This document shows positions 49,217-58,379 of a stretch of DNA of 64,000 nucleotides, in pieces. Under the pieces are notes generated by a model. That model saw only the letters and a program-made list of their open reading frames with translations. It did no database searches and had not been told where the DNA came from. Position 1 is the first letter of the stretch. Every line of letters starts with the position of its first letter. The position numbers and the translations under genes were made by a program. Source of the DNA: a virus; the IMG/VR virus record IMGVR_UViG_3300035034_002798, positions 64,001-128,000 of that record. One strand, given 5' to 3'.

Positions 49217-50389
49217 ATGAGAATCAATAACAATATCGACTTAGCAAAGGCATTATTTAACGACTCAGACAACAGAGAGGTTACTCTTTCTGTTGGTGAT
49301 GGTGAGGTTACATTCAATAATCCAGTTAGTCTTGTGCGTGCTCTTAATGACGCAATAGGCAACAGGGAGCAAGATATTGTTGCCAAGACATGGATCTCTG
49401 GCGTGCCTGTACAGTATGTAATACTGCCTGAAGAAAGAACCATCTTCATTAAGAAGTACAATCCAGAGAAGAGGGAAGGCCTGATGGATGTAGGGAGTTA
49501 TCCTGCTCCTTACCAAGTAAATAGAGAAGAAAGAGAGAGAGAGGCTAAGGCAGTATTAGAGGCTGCTGCCGATAAAGGTACTAAACTAGATGACGTGCCT
49601 ACTGAGTCACTTGCTGATTTTGATGCGTTTATGGCAGCAGATAGTGGCATAAGAGGTGATATCTTAGATGCTATCTCAAAGGAAAAGGAGGTGAGTGCTG
49701 AGGAGAAGGATACAACAGAAGAAGCGGCTGGCCTGGAAGCTGAGGCAGCTAGCACTAATAAGGGGGCAACAACAATGACTAAGAAGACTAAGATTAAGAT
49801 GGCAGACAAGGACATACTCAAGATGGTAGACGCTATGAACGAGGAGCTTAGAGCTACTATTGAGTCTATGCTTGAACATGGTGAGGATATAGATGAGCTG
49901 ACATACGAGTGGTTCTCAGGTTCCAATGATATGAGTGGTATCTGGAAGCCTAAGTTCAAACAGGTAGTAACAGAGATCAAGAGACAGCTAGATGAGGGCA
50001 GAGTAGTTATTATCAATGAGTCCTCTGACGAGCAGGCAGAGAGCAAGACTAAGACTAAGGAGGTGAATAAGATGACAGATAAGCTTAAGAAAGAGAAGGC
50101 TAGATTATCAGACAAGCTGGGTCGTGGCTTAGGTAAGACAGCTATGGGCTTAGAGGCTGGGGTAAAGAAGACTGGATCTGGTGTTAAGACAGCTATCACT
50201 AAGACTGGTCAAGGTGTCCAGGGTGCCAGTAAGCTAGCTGGTACTGGTATAAGAAAGGTTGATGAGGCAGCAGGTACAGTAATAGAAAAGACTGCTTCTG
50301 CCGCGAATAATACTGGTGGTTTCTTTAAATCTCTTAAGTCTTCTTTTGTAGAGGGCTTCAAAGGCGAAGACAATAATAAGGAGGCGTAA
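49217..50389 (+). CDS. Hypothetical early protein (multi-module, amphipathic C-terminus)
   Basis: AGGAAGGAG SD; 390 aa; first gene of the rightward block. Confidence 0.7.
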   Translation: MRINNNIDLAKALFNDSDNREVTLSVGDGEVTFNNPVSLVRALNDAIGNREQDIVAKTWISGVPVQYVILPEERTIFIKKYNPEKREGLMDVGSYPAPYQVNREEREREAKAVLEAAADKGTKLDDVPTESLADFDAFMAADSGIRGDILDAISKEKEVSAEEKDTTEEAAGLEAEAASTNKGATTMTKKTKIKMADKDILKMVDAMNEELRATIESMLEHGEDIDELTYEWFSGSNDMSGIWKPKFKQVVTEIKRQLDEGRVVIINESSDEQAESKTKTKEVNKMTDKLKKEKARLSDKLGRGLGKTAMGLEAGVKKTGSGVKTAITKTGQGVQGASKLAGTGIRKVDEAAGTVIEKTASAANNTGGFFKSLKSSFVEGFKGEDNNKEA

Positions 50390-50394
50390 CTACA

Positions 50395-50577
50395 ATGAGA
50401 GTAAGAGTACTCAAGTCACATGAGGTTAAGGCCATGTATGGTCGTATGAATAAGCGCTGTCCTGAGCTGGGTTGTTTCTCACACTACGAGCTAATAGGTA
50501 ACGAGCTCTATAGGGTACGTAAAGACGGTACTCTAGAGGGCTACCCAGTGGATGTACTGGAATCTATTACTCATTAA
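50395..50577 (+). CDS. Hypothetical protein
   Basis: AAGGAGG SD. Confidence 0.6.
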   Translation: MRVRVLKSHEVKAMYGRMNKRCPELGCFSHYELIGNELYRVRKDGTLEGYPVDVLESITH

Positions 50578-50642
50578 TCCCTTGTGGCGCCCTAGGCATG
50601 GCGTTAAACTGCCAAACTAATTCTCTTTAGGAGGAGATATAT

Positions 50643-50915
50643 ATGAAGAAGTTAATTACTGTTATTGCCCTAGTTGTTGTGCTGGGGTCTTTTGTTGTTG
50701 TGGGGATGTCAGGGGTTGGGGAAGTAGAAGATTACGATGTCATTATGCACAATGTAAGCTCAGGCGATACAGCCTGGGATATAGTGCAGGTCTATAACTC
50801 ACCAGAGGTTGACACAAGGAAGGCCGTTTATTACTTCAGACAGGAAAATGGACAGGACTTAATGTTGAGTATTGGCAGTAGGGTCAAGGTACCCGTATTA
50901 AAGGAGGCTAAATAA
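50643..50915 (+). CDS. Membrane-anchored LysM protein (YneA-like)
   Basis: N-terminal hydrophobic helix; V.SGDTAWDI...N....L.IG..V.VP LysM pattern. Confidence 0.8.
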   Translation: MKKLITVIALVVVLGSFVVVGMSGVGEVEDYDVIMHNVSSGDTAWDIVQVYNSPEVDTRKAVYYFRQENGQDLMLSIGSRVKVPVLKEAK

Positions 50916-51322
50916 TGAGATTCGATTGCTTTGTTGATAAAGAGGTATTTGATTGTTTGGTAAGTGCGGAAAAGAGAGGTCACGATTCAAGGAGAGGTGA
51001 GATGAGTAAGGCTCAGTACCACCAAAAGAGCCGCTTTGTTGACTTATCCTCCAAGAAAGATCGAAGAAAGCGTCATGAGTCTAAGAGCGAGCACCAGAGG
51101 AGGTGGCTTTTAGACTATGTGGGTACCACAGATGTTGATGTGGACTCAGTATTAGAAACCCTGGAGGATGCCGGCTTTAAGATTGACATTAAGTGGCGAG
51201 CTCAAGGGCCTAAGACTAATATCATGTTTGCTAATGGCTATGATGATGAGATCATGCAGCAGGTAAGAGAAAATGGCTGGAAGAGTGTCTTCAGAAAAGA
51301 ATTAGGACTGGAGGTGAAGTAA
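50915..51322 (+). CDS. Hypothetical protein
   Basis: AAGGAGG SD; coupled to the upstream gene. Confidence 0.65.
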   Translation: MRFDCFVDKEVFDCLVSAEKRGHDSRRGEMSKAQYHQKSRFVDLSSKKDRRKRHESKSEHQRRWLLDYVGTTDVDVDSVLETLEDAGFKIDIKWRAQGPKTNIMFANGYDDEIMQQVRENGWKSVFRKELGLEVK

Positions 51323-51511
51323 ATGACTGGACTTGTAAGTAAAGGAAAGGGCTGGTGGGATGCTAACGGTTATAACATGGACCGTTGGAATAACATGCCA
51401 TATAAGCAAAGATACGCTATCGCCAAGAAAGCGTCTTCTAAGGGCTGGCCCATGCGTAACCGTTCTTCTGCAGAGACTAGTGATCTCGTGCAGATGTCTT
51501 TATTTGAGTAG
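51323..51511 (+). CDS. Hypothetical protein
   Basis: GGAGGTG SD. Confidence 0.6.
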   Translation: MTGLVSKGKGWWDANGYNMDRWNNMPYKQRYAIAKKASSKGWPMRNRSSAETSDLVQMSLFE

Positions 51512-51537
51512 ACAAAATAAGACTCCAAAGAAAGGAG

Positions 51538-51720
51538 GTGATTACTTTGCCTAGTTATGATTATACATGGATTGAAGGAGGAGAGCAAGTGTACTCTGAG
51601 GACGATCAGAGGCTTGCTGACCTGACTTTAAATGAAAAGCGCGGTAATGGCCGCGTCCATGTTTACTGTCCAGATAATACAGACACCGACAATACTGAGA
51701 CGACTGATTTACCATTTTAA
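51538..51720 (+). CDS. Hypothetical acidic protein ending in DLPF
   Basis: AGGAGGTG SD (likely TTG start at 51547); SSB-tail-like C-terminus. Confidence 0.55.
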   Translation: MITLPSYDYTWIEGGEQVYSEDDQRLADLTLNEKRGNGRVHVYCPDNTDTDNTETTDLPF

Positions 51721-51732
51721 GGAGGAATTAAT

Positions 51733-52677
51733 ATGAGCGTTTATTTAAAGAAGTTTGGCCAAGATGTATTAGAGGCTAGTATAGAAACAGTTAGGATTAT
51801 GGGAAAGAATCACGGCAATGGTGGTAATCAGTATAAGTCCTGGAAAACTAACTTCCTGGGTGAAGTACTGATCAAACTTAAAGGACGGTTTGAGATTAAC
51901 GAGGAGTGGAATGAAGATCCACTTATTAAGATACTTGTTAATCTAAAGACTTATAAGGGACTTGATGAGATCAGGCAGAATAAGATTACAGTTGTGCCCG
52001 TTAGTTCTGGCTTAGAGAAGCCGGGGGCCATGAAGACAGAAGAAGAGTTGTTCTTATTAGAGAATCCCGGTGATATCCGCGGCCAGACTATTGGTTCAAT
52101 TGAGGCTGATACAGGGATCTTCTATTTAACAAATGCACTTAGAGGTGCAGCATCGGTTGCAATGTGGAAGAAGCTTAACCTCATATTGACCCAGAAGCAT
52201 GATGAGGTCGATAACCGCTTCTGGCATGATAATGACTACAATGATGAGTTCCCGTCCTGCTCTAACTGTGTTAACAAGTGCTATGTCCAGCCGGCTGAAG
52301 GACCAGTTTCAGGAGATGCCTTTAAACCAAGTAATAGATGTGCTATGACAGGGGAAACTCTGGATGATGGCGCTTCTGAGTCAGGGAACTGGTTGGCAAC
52401 AAGAGATCATGGTCTATTACACGGTCTCAAAGGCCACATGTATCTCAATGGTGAAAAACGTGTGACAGGAGGAGGGACTTATTCAGATAACGCTTTCTTT
52501 TCAGTAAAGACTGGGGGAAAGCATACTGATATGTCCGAGCTGCGTGAGGCTGACTTTGCCTACCATGCAGATAAATGCCCTTTCTATGCACCACACAGAG
52601 TTATACCAGAGAGAGCTATCTGGAGAAGAGATCTAAATAGAGTCTATTTACCAAATATTATCGTTAACTTTAAGTAA
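51733..52677 (+). CDS. Hypothetical protein with Cys motifs
   Basis: AAGGAGG SD; CSNC..KC...C...CPFY. Confidence 0.7.
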   Translation: MSVYLKKFGQDVLEASIETVRIMGKNHGNGGNQYKSWKTNFLGEVLIKLKGRFEINEEWNEDPLIKILVNLKTYKGLDEIRQNKITVVPVSSGLEKPGAMKTEEELFLLENPGDIRGQTIGSIEADTGIFYLTNALRGAASVAMWKKLNLILTQKHDEVDNRFWHDNDYNDEFPSCSNCVNKCYVQPAEGPVSGDAFKPSNRCAMTGETLDDGASESGNWLATRDHGLLHGLKGHMYLNGEKRVTGGGTYSDNAFFSVKTGGKHTDMSELREADFAYHADKCPFYAPHRVIPERAIWRRDLNRVYLPNIIVNFK

Positions 52678-52780
52678 TCTCACAGCGCCCGGCTCAGAGG
52701 CGCTCTATAAATGTCTGGCATTATTTTATTTAACATCAAATATATAGGGTGGCTCCTCAATCAGCCAGGGGGTATATATT

Positions 52781-54088
52781 ATGACAATTACAGTAGAGAG
52801 ACTATTTGACCTGGACTTAATCACAAAGAGAATGCATAAAGTGGCGGCAGAGGAAGGGATAGAATCAGTTGAGGTATCCCAGGGTGGATTAACCTCCATC
52901 AAAGGGATCGGTGAGAAGCGCGCTCAGTCTATTATCGATGAGCTACCAGAAGAAGAGACAGATACTACTAATAAGGAGGAAAAGAAGATGACAGAAGAAA
53001 AAGATGTGATTCTAAGGAACGTTGAGAGCATTGAGAAAGTTGCTGTTAATGCTTACTACCTTGGGGACTCCGCGGTTAATTTAGATGCTGAGACCTATGT
53101 AGCCGACCTGAAGATAACCTATGGATCCGGCCACAACCAGATACTTGAGGTTTCCCTTATAGATGGCAACTTAGAATATGAAACCTATGGTGATGACCTG
53201 CGAGGAAAAGAATGGGAAGCTATCAAGATGGCCTTAATCCGCGCCTATAAGAAAGAACTGGGCGAGGTTAACGAGGATCCTGAAGAAGTATTAGTTTCAG
53301 GAGAGCAGATGAAGACACTGGTAGAAGACGGATTCAGAGAAGTAACAGTAGATGAGGTGTATTACAAGGAAGAGCTTGCTGATAGTGACTTAGTAGCTGA
53401 CGTTACCCTAATTAGAGGAGATGGCAGCTATATCAGCGGTGAAGCAATCTATAATGACGAGTCCCTATTTATTAAGTATGAAGATGCATTAGATAAAGAA
53501 GAAGCTGGGGATGAGGTTCCTGATCACGTAACAAAGCACCTAATTGGTGAGATCAGAAAAGTATATACCCGTAAGAAAAAGCGGGCAGAGGCAGACTTTA
53601 ACACTGGTGAAAATACTAAAGACGAGGGGGTGAATCCTGTGCGTAAGAATCAAGACGAAGAAGAAACTGTGCTAGTTAAGAACGGCATGGTTGTTAAGGT
53701 TAATGGACGCAGACTAATCAAAGAAATCCCTGCTACTGAGTACTTTGCTCAAGAAGCAGCAAACAAAAAGCGGGCCAGCAAGAAACCCGCTCCTAAAACA
53801 AAGAAAGCCCCAGTAGATACTAATCCAAAGAGAAAGCAGAAGACTGCCGATCATGGACTAGATCGCTGGAGCATTTCTAAATTGCGTGATGACCTAGAAG
53901 ACATCACTAATGGCACCGCAATAGCGGATGTTGAACTAGAAGCAGGAGACAAGAAAGCACAGTTTGTAGCTGTGTTCTATAATGGCTCCCTAAGATTCTT
54001 TGATAAGGATCAGAATACTAGCATCAAAAGAGAAGCTACCGCTCAGTTTATAACTGACAAAGTAAGAGATGCCTATATTAAGGCGTAA
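52781..54088 (+). CDS. Helix-hairpin-helix domain protein with three acidic internal repeats
   Basis: LTSIKGIGEKRAQSI; repeats beginning VADLKI, VADVTL and IADVEL. Confidence 0.7.
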   Translation: MTITVERLFDLDLITKRMHKVAAEEGIESVEVSQGGLTSIKGIGEKRAQSIIDELPEEETDTTNKEEKKMTEEKDVILRNVESIEKVAVNAYYLGDSAVNLDAETYVADLKITYGSGHNQILEVSLIDGNLEYETYGDDLRGKEWEAIKMALIRAYKKELGEVNEDPEEVLVSGEQMKTLVEDGFREVTVDEVYYKEELADSDLVADVTLIRGDGSYISGEAIYNDESLFIKYEDALDKEEAGDEVPDHVTKHLIGEIRKVYTRKKKRAEADFNTGENTKDEGVNPVRKNQDEEETVLVKNGMVVKVNGRRLIKEIPATEYFAQEAANKKRASKKPAPKTKKAPVDTNPKRKQKTADHGLDRWSISKLRDDLEDITNGTAIADVELEAGDKKAQFVAVFYNGSLRFFDKDQNTSIKREATAQFITDKVRDAYIKA

Positions 54089-54263
54089 CTCTTATAGGCC
54101 CTTCGGGCCCTGGTTGTTAGGTATGTTCTCGTATTGAGTCTAGTTCTGAAACTTAGACAGACCCTTCGGGTCGGGTGGTTGTACACTCGGCCTGAAGTTT
54201 AAAAGTTCTAGCTTTGTAGTATGTTTATTGTCCTGTACTAAAACAATATCACGCCCGTCCTAC

Positions 54264-54288
54264 CGTGTCAAGAAACCCATTTGACACG
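54264..54288 (+). ncRNA. Conserved intergenic hairpin, copy 1
   Basis: CGTGTCAA-GAAACCCAT-TTGACACG. Confidence 0.65.
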
Positions 54289-54369
54289 CCGCGGTGGTCG
54301 TGGATACGTATTGGGTAAGATTTATTAGTTGTTCAGTTTATTAGTCTTTAAGTAAATACTATATAAGGA

Positions 54370-54627
54370 GTGGTTAATATGCATTTTGAGTTAAGTTACA
54401 GACAAATTAGTGTTATGTCAGAGGTTATGGAACAGAAAAAGATTCAGAATATCCAGTGTGATGATATCAGCCTTAATTTAGATATCGCCAGAGATGATGA
54501 TGGCCCGGTAGTTGAGTCGTATACTTTCTACGACGATGGCAGTTGTGTTCGTTCTCTTGGCCAACAAGGAGTATATAATGACTATGAAGTAATCCAGGCT
54601 CAGGCAAGCAGAGAGGAGAGTAAATAG
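54370..54627 (+). CDS. Hypothetical protein
   Basis: AAGGAG SD (likely ATG at 54379). Confidence 0.6.
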   Translation: MVNMHFELSYRQISVMSEVMEQKKIQNIQCDDISLNLDIARDDDGPVVESYTFYDDGSCVRSLGQQGVYNDYEVIQAQASREESK

Positions 54628-55098
54628 ATGATTACTAAAAACGATACAGTGAAGGTAGAAGGCTGGAGAGGTAAATATAAAGTAGAAGGTAATCCGTTCT
54701 ATAATAGCACCTTTGGTCACTATGTACTACCCGTTACTACAAGTGAGGGTAATACTATGCGTGTGTTCTTAGATGAATGCACCAAAGTGGCCTCTAAGCC
54801 CGAAAATAAACCCTGGTACCTAGCTTTCAGCTCAGGTAGAGCCTTTCAGGAGGATATTAAGCTCGAAAGTGTTAATATAGACCAGTCTAAACTTGCCGAC
54901 GCCCTAGGGAGACACCCTGCCTCAGGCCTGGCACGCGTACAAGGTTCGATTTATAACCCTAGAAGAGATACCAAAACTAGCTTCACGATTAATATAGACT
55001 ATGATGGCAAGAAACTATTCCCACAGGAAACCTACAGGGACAAAGCGAAGATGGGATATATACTCTCTCTCGTCCGTGAGCGCCTGCTTAAGGACTAG
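54628..55098 (+). CDS. Hypothetical protein
   Basis: GAGGAG SD; abuts the upstream stop. Confidence 0.65.
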   Translation: MITKNDTVKVEGWRGKYKVEGNPFYNSTFGHYVLPVTTSEGNTMRVFLDECTKVASKPENKPWYLAFSSGRAFQEDIKLESVNIDQSKLADALGRHPASGLARVQGSIYNPRRDTKTSFTINIDYDGKKLFPQETYRDKAKMGYILSLVRERLLKD

Positions 55099-55222
55099 TT
55101 AGCATCTAAGCTATATATTGAAGCCTCTCAACTCTGGTCTCGCTCATATGACCCTCTAGCGTGCTAATCTCGTATAGCCGTATTAGGGGGAAGATTCGCC
55201 GAGGCCGGAGGGAGCAGGTCTA

Positions 55223-55325
55223 GTTACCCCTATATTACTAGTTACCCATATATTAATTGTTACCCCTATATTAAGGGAGCAGGTCTAGTTACCCATATAT
55301 TACAGGTTTAGTTACTCCTATATTA
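55223..55325. repeat. Five 15-bp direct repeats (iteron-like)
   Basis: GTTAC(C/T)C(C/A)TATATTA at 55223, 55241, 55259, 55288 and 55311; GGGAGCAGGTCTAGTTACCC occurs twice. Confidence 0.85.
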
Positions 55326-56210
55326 ATTGTTCTTTTCATCTATATAAGTTGTGGTTACATCTAGTTATGAGGTGATTGAATAGGTAGTGACAACATTAGT
55401 CGATACGAAGGAGAGTAAGTGTCGTGTCACAGTCATCTCTTAAATAATAGTGAGGTGTGACGGGGAGAGACAGTCGTATTCTTAGTGATGTGTAATAGGG
55501 AACAGGTTGGTCTGTATTCATTATTGTGAGTGGAGATGTAATCGCAAGTGTAAGTGTTGGTAACATTGTAAGCAATTGTGTAAGTGTAGGTGCTGGTACA
55601 GTTACTGGTACAAGTGCAAGTGCAAGCAGTATTGGGGGGTGAGTTAGTAGTGGCTAGTTGGCTAGTATCCTTAGTATCCTTAGTAGAGTTAGTAGTACCA
55701 CTATTAGAAGGAGAATCAAGAGTATGGTTATAATGTTCCCTGCCGCGCCGGGCTTTTTGGTTGTATTACGAGATAGGTATATAAGTTATGTTATGACTAT
55801 TGATTATGTATTACAGAAATGATACACTGGTATTATAGTTAAGGGACAGGGGAAAACAATCGCAATTGAAAGGGGAGAGGGTTTCACCTAAGAAGGGATC
55901 TCTATCTGAATGTTACTTTTGTGTACCTGCTATTGCGCGCCCTCCCTTTTTAACAATGAGTCCAGGGTTTTTAGGGATTTATCCCTGAATGTAAGAGTCT
56001 GAGAGGACACTCCTCTTAGTACACCTCTCCCATTTTAGGTAGTTGTCAATAAATCGTTCAATAACTGATTAACTAAGTTCAAGTAACGTCTTTAGTTCTG
56101 ATATCAAATTCGTTAAAGCGTCAGTGTTGTGTTTTCTGGAGACTTTCAAATCACAGAACTCGAAAGGCCTAAGAATTAAGACCAAAGTCCTTTTCCCAGA
56201 AAAGTGACGC

Positions 56211-56285
56211 TCTATTTATATAATACCGTCAAAAACCCCCATTTTGTCAAGTCGATACTAACCAAATCATGTTATGACGTTAAAA
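56211..56285 (-). promoter_or_regulatory. Conserved leftward promoter element, copy C
   Basis: TTTTAACG...GATTTGGTTAG..CGACTTGACA-N19-TATTATATAAATAGA. Confidence 0.6.
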
Positions 56286-56357
56286 ACTTCGAATAATTGC
56301 TTAAAAATGGCCTTGTTGGCATTAAATAGTTCCTAAATAAAGAAAGGAAGGATATAA

Positions 56358-57062
56358 ATGGAAAGAGTTATAGTGTTCCCAATGGGTAAATCAGACAAGA
56401 TTATTAATTATTGTAAGGGTATTTTGAACAATTTAGGACAAAAAGGTGATCGCAAGGTTGTGGTCCCCGAAATCCAATCAGACGTAATAGATAGTATCTA
56501 TGCTAATTTCAATGATAGTCACCAGCCAGATGGTAGTGACAAAGATTATATTATTCAGTTAATAGATTATTCGACACAGGTTATTCTAGTAGGCAGTATT
56601 TCTAGTCCTTTGACAGGTACTGCATCACTTATTGCCAGATATACTATGGAAACACCAAAGAAGTTGATGGTCTTCGACACAGAGAATGGTGACTGGAAGA
56701 GTGAAGCCTTTTTAGACTTTGTTCAGGGTCCTAATGAAAAGGACTTACTTGACTATATAGACTTTGAGATAAAGGAAGTGGCTGAGTATATGGCTAAGGT
56801 GATAAACGAGAATGAACAGTGGCCACCAAAGGAGTTTAATATAGGGTTTGGTCACTTAGAGTTTGATTATAATTCTGACCACTGCCGCCGCGTCATGTAT
56901 TCTATTGAGCACAGGAGCTGGACACTTGCTAGATACAATGATGAACAGTATTTAGTATTTGATAACCCATCCTGCACCGAAGGTTATATCATAAATGGAG
57001 AGCTAATACATGCCGTTCCACCAGACTTAAGACCTCCCGAAGAATTTCAAAACGCCAGCTAA
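56358..57062 (+). CDS. Hypothetical protein
   Basis: AGGAAGGA SD; 234 aa. Confidence 0.7.
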   Translation: MERVIVFPMGKSDKIINYCKGILNNLGQKGDRKVVVPEIQSDVIDSIYANFNDSHQPDGSDKDYIIQLIDYSTQVILVGSISSPLTGTASLIARYTMETPKKLMVFDTENGDWKSEAFLDFVQGPNEKDLLDYIDFEIKEVAEYMAKVINENEQWPPKEFNIGFGHLEFDYNSDHCRRVMYSIEHRSWTLARYNDEQYLVFDNPSCTEGYIINGELIHAVPPDLRPPEEFQNAS

Positions 57063-57090
57063 ATCTAGTTCTACCCTTCGACTTCGCGGC

Positions 57091-57117
57091 GCCTGTCAAG
57101 AAGATCATTTGACAGGC
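57091..57117 (+). ncRNA. Conserved intergenic hairpin, copy 2
   Basis: GCCTGTCAA-GAAGATCAT-TTGACAGGC; outer stem CTTCGCG/CGCGAGG. Confidence 0.65.
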
Positions 57118-57170
57118 TTGCTCGCGAGGGTTTGTTAAAGTTAGATTAATTTAACTATCTTATAAAGGAG

Positions 57171-57512
57171 TTGTTAATTATGTCCGAAATAGTTGTGGAT
57201 TATCATGGAGAGCTTTGTGATGTCAATTTCAGTCACTATGTAGAAAACGATAACGTCGCAATAACTCTCACAACCGTAGAAGAAGGTATGCCTTTCACAA
57301 CGGCAACTGTCAATCTTGTCAACCTTCCCGGTCACCAGGTCGCTATCAAGAATTGGAGCGAGAATGAAGGGATGGCAAAAGCGTTGATAAAGGCTGAAGT
57401 TATCAAAGATGAAAGAATCGATGAAATCACGAGTGGATATGTTGTTGCACCTGTTTATGAACTCACTGAAAAAGCGATAGCTGAAAAGAAGAGAAGAGCT
57501 TTTAGTAACTAA
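57171..57512 (+). CDS. DUF4313-like phage/plasmid protein
   Basis: Y..N..VAI.L...GMPF..ATVNL...IKNWSENEG...SGY..APVY pattern. Confidence 0.55.
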   Translation: MLIMSEIVVDYHGELCDVNFSHYVENDNVAITLTTVEEGMPFTTATVNLVNLPGHQVAIKNWSENEGMAKALIKAEVIKDERIDEITSGYVVAPVYELTEKAIAEKKRRAFSN

Positions 57513-57527
57513 AAATACTTATAGGAG

Positions 57528-58379
57528 ATGATAATTATGATAAAGAATGTTAATGTAAAAGAGTTTTTTGAAGGTTGGATGGACGCAATTAAGACAAATA
57601 AAGAGAGTGGTCTTTTACCTGAAGAGATGGCTGAAGATTCTGTTGGTGTTTATGGCGGATTTGATATGGTTCCTATGCTTTTATTGCTTACTAATGAAAA
57701 TCAGATTGGTAAGACACTTATAACAGAGGATGGAAATAGTTATAAAGTAAGTCTTAGTAACTTTAATCCTGGTCTCAGTGAAGATGAAACAATCGATATA
57801 AAGGTATCAGAACAGTCTTTAGAGCTATCTAAATCAGTTTATGATGATTCATTTGTTGAGGAGAACGAGGAATTATTTACCGTCCAGCATCATAAAGACA
57901 TCTTAGAAAAGGTAATCTCAGAATCAGAAGAACAGATTTCATTTAAAACTATCGCTACTGCAAAAGAGATTAAGTTATCTGATTTAATTCAGTCTTTCAT
58001 TGATGGTCAAGATTCATTATATCAGCTCTACTCCGAACCCGAGCTTGAGCCTTATATGAATGATGAAAATGCATTAGTTGAAGAGCTAAGTAAAATTGTT
58101 GAACTTATACAGGAAGATGAAATTCTCAATAAAGATGAAAACGTAGTTGATGTTAACTTAATGCATGATGAGTTAAGAGACGTCTTAAAGTTTACCTTTA
58201 CCTATAAGGGAGACACAGTTCATTCTGAGGAGTTAGATAAAACAAAGTATCTTAAACAGTTGGTTGATATGAGATTAGTTGTTGATAGAGACTTAAGGGA
58301 GTTACTTGCTCTACCAGGTTATCACTGGAGCGACTTTAAGTTTTATTTAGAGAACACAGTTAAGTTGATGGCTGCATAG
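57528..58379 (+). CDS. Hypothetical acidic protein
   Basis: AGGAG SD; 283 aa. Confidence 0.7.
   Translation: MIIMIKNVNVKEFFEGWMDAIKTNKESGLLPEEMAEDSVGVYGGFDMVPMLLLLTNENQIGKTLITEDGNSYKVSLSNFNPGLSEDETIDIKVSEQSLELSKSVYDDSFVEENEELFTVQHHKDILEKVISESEEQISFKTIATAKEIKLSDLIQSFIDGQDSLYQLYSEPELEPYMNDENALVEELSKIVELIQEDEILNKDENVVDVNLMHDELRDVLKFTFTYKGDTVHSEELDKTKYLKQLVDMRLVVDRDLRELLALPGYHWSDFKFYLENTVKLMAA

Noticed and set aside
49195-50199. Minus-strand ORFs opposite early and structural genes (e.g. 49510-50199, 14630-15124, 17018-17386)
   Set aside because: Ser/Leu/Phe-rich antisense shadows of Glu/Lys-rich genes, with no SD.
55223-55325. Mini-CRISPR array
   Set aside because: Repeats are only 15 bp with 3-14 bp gaps, too short for spacers; iteron-like instead.
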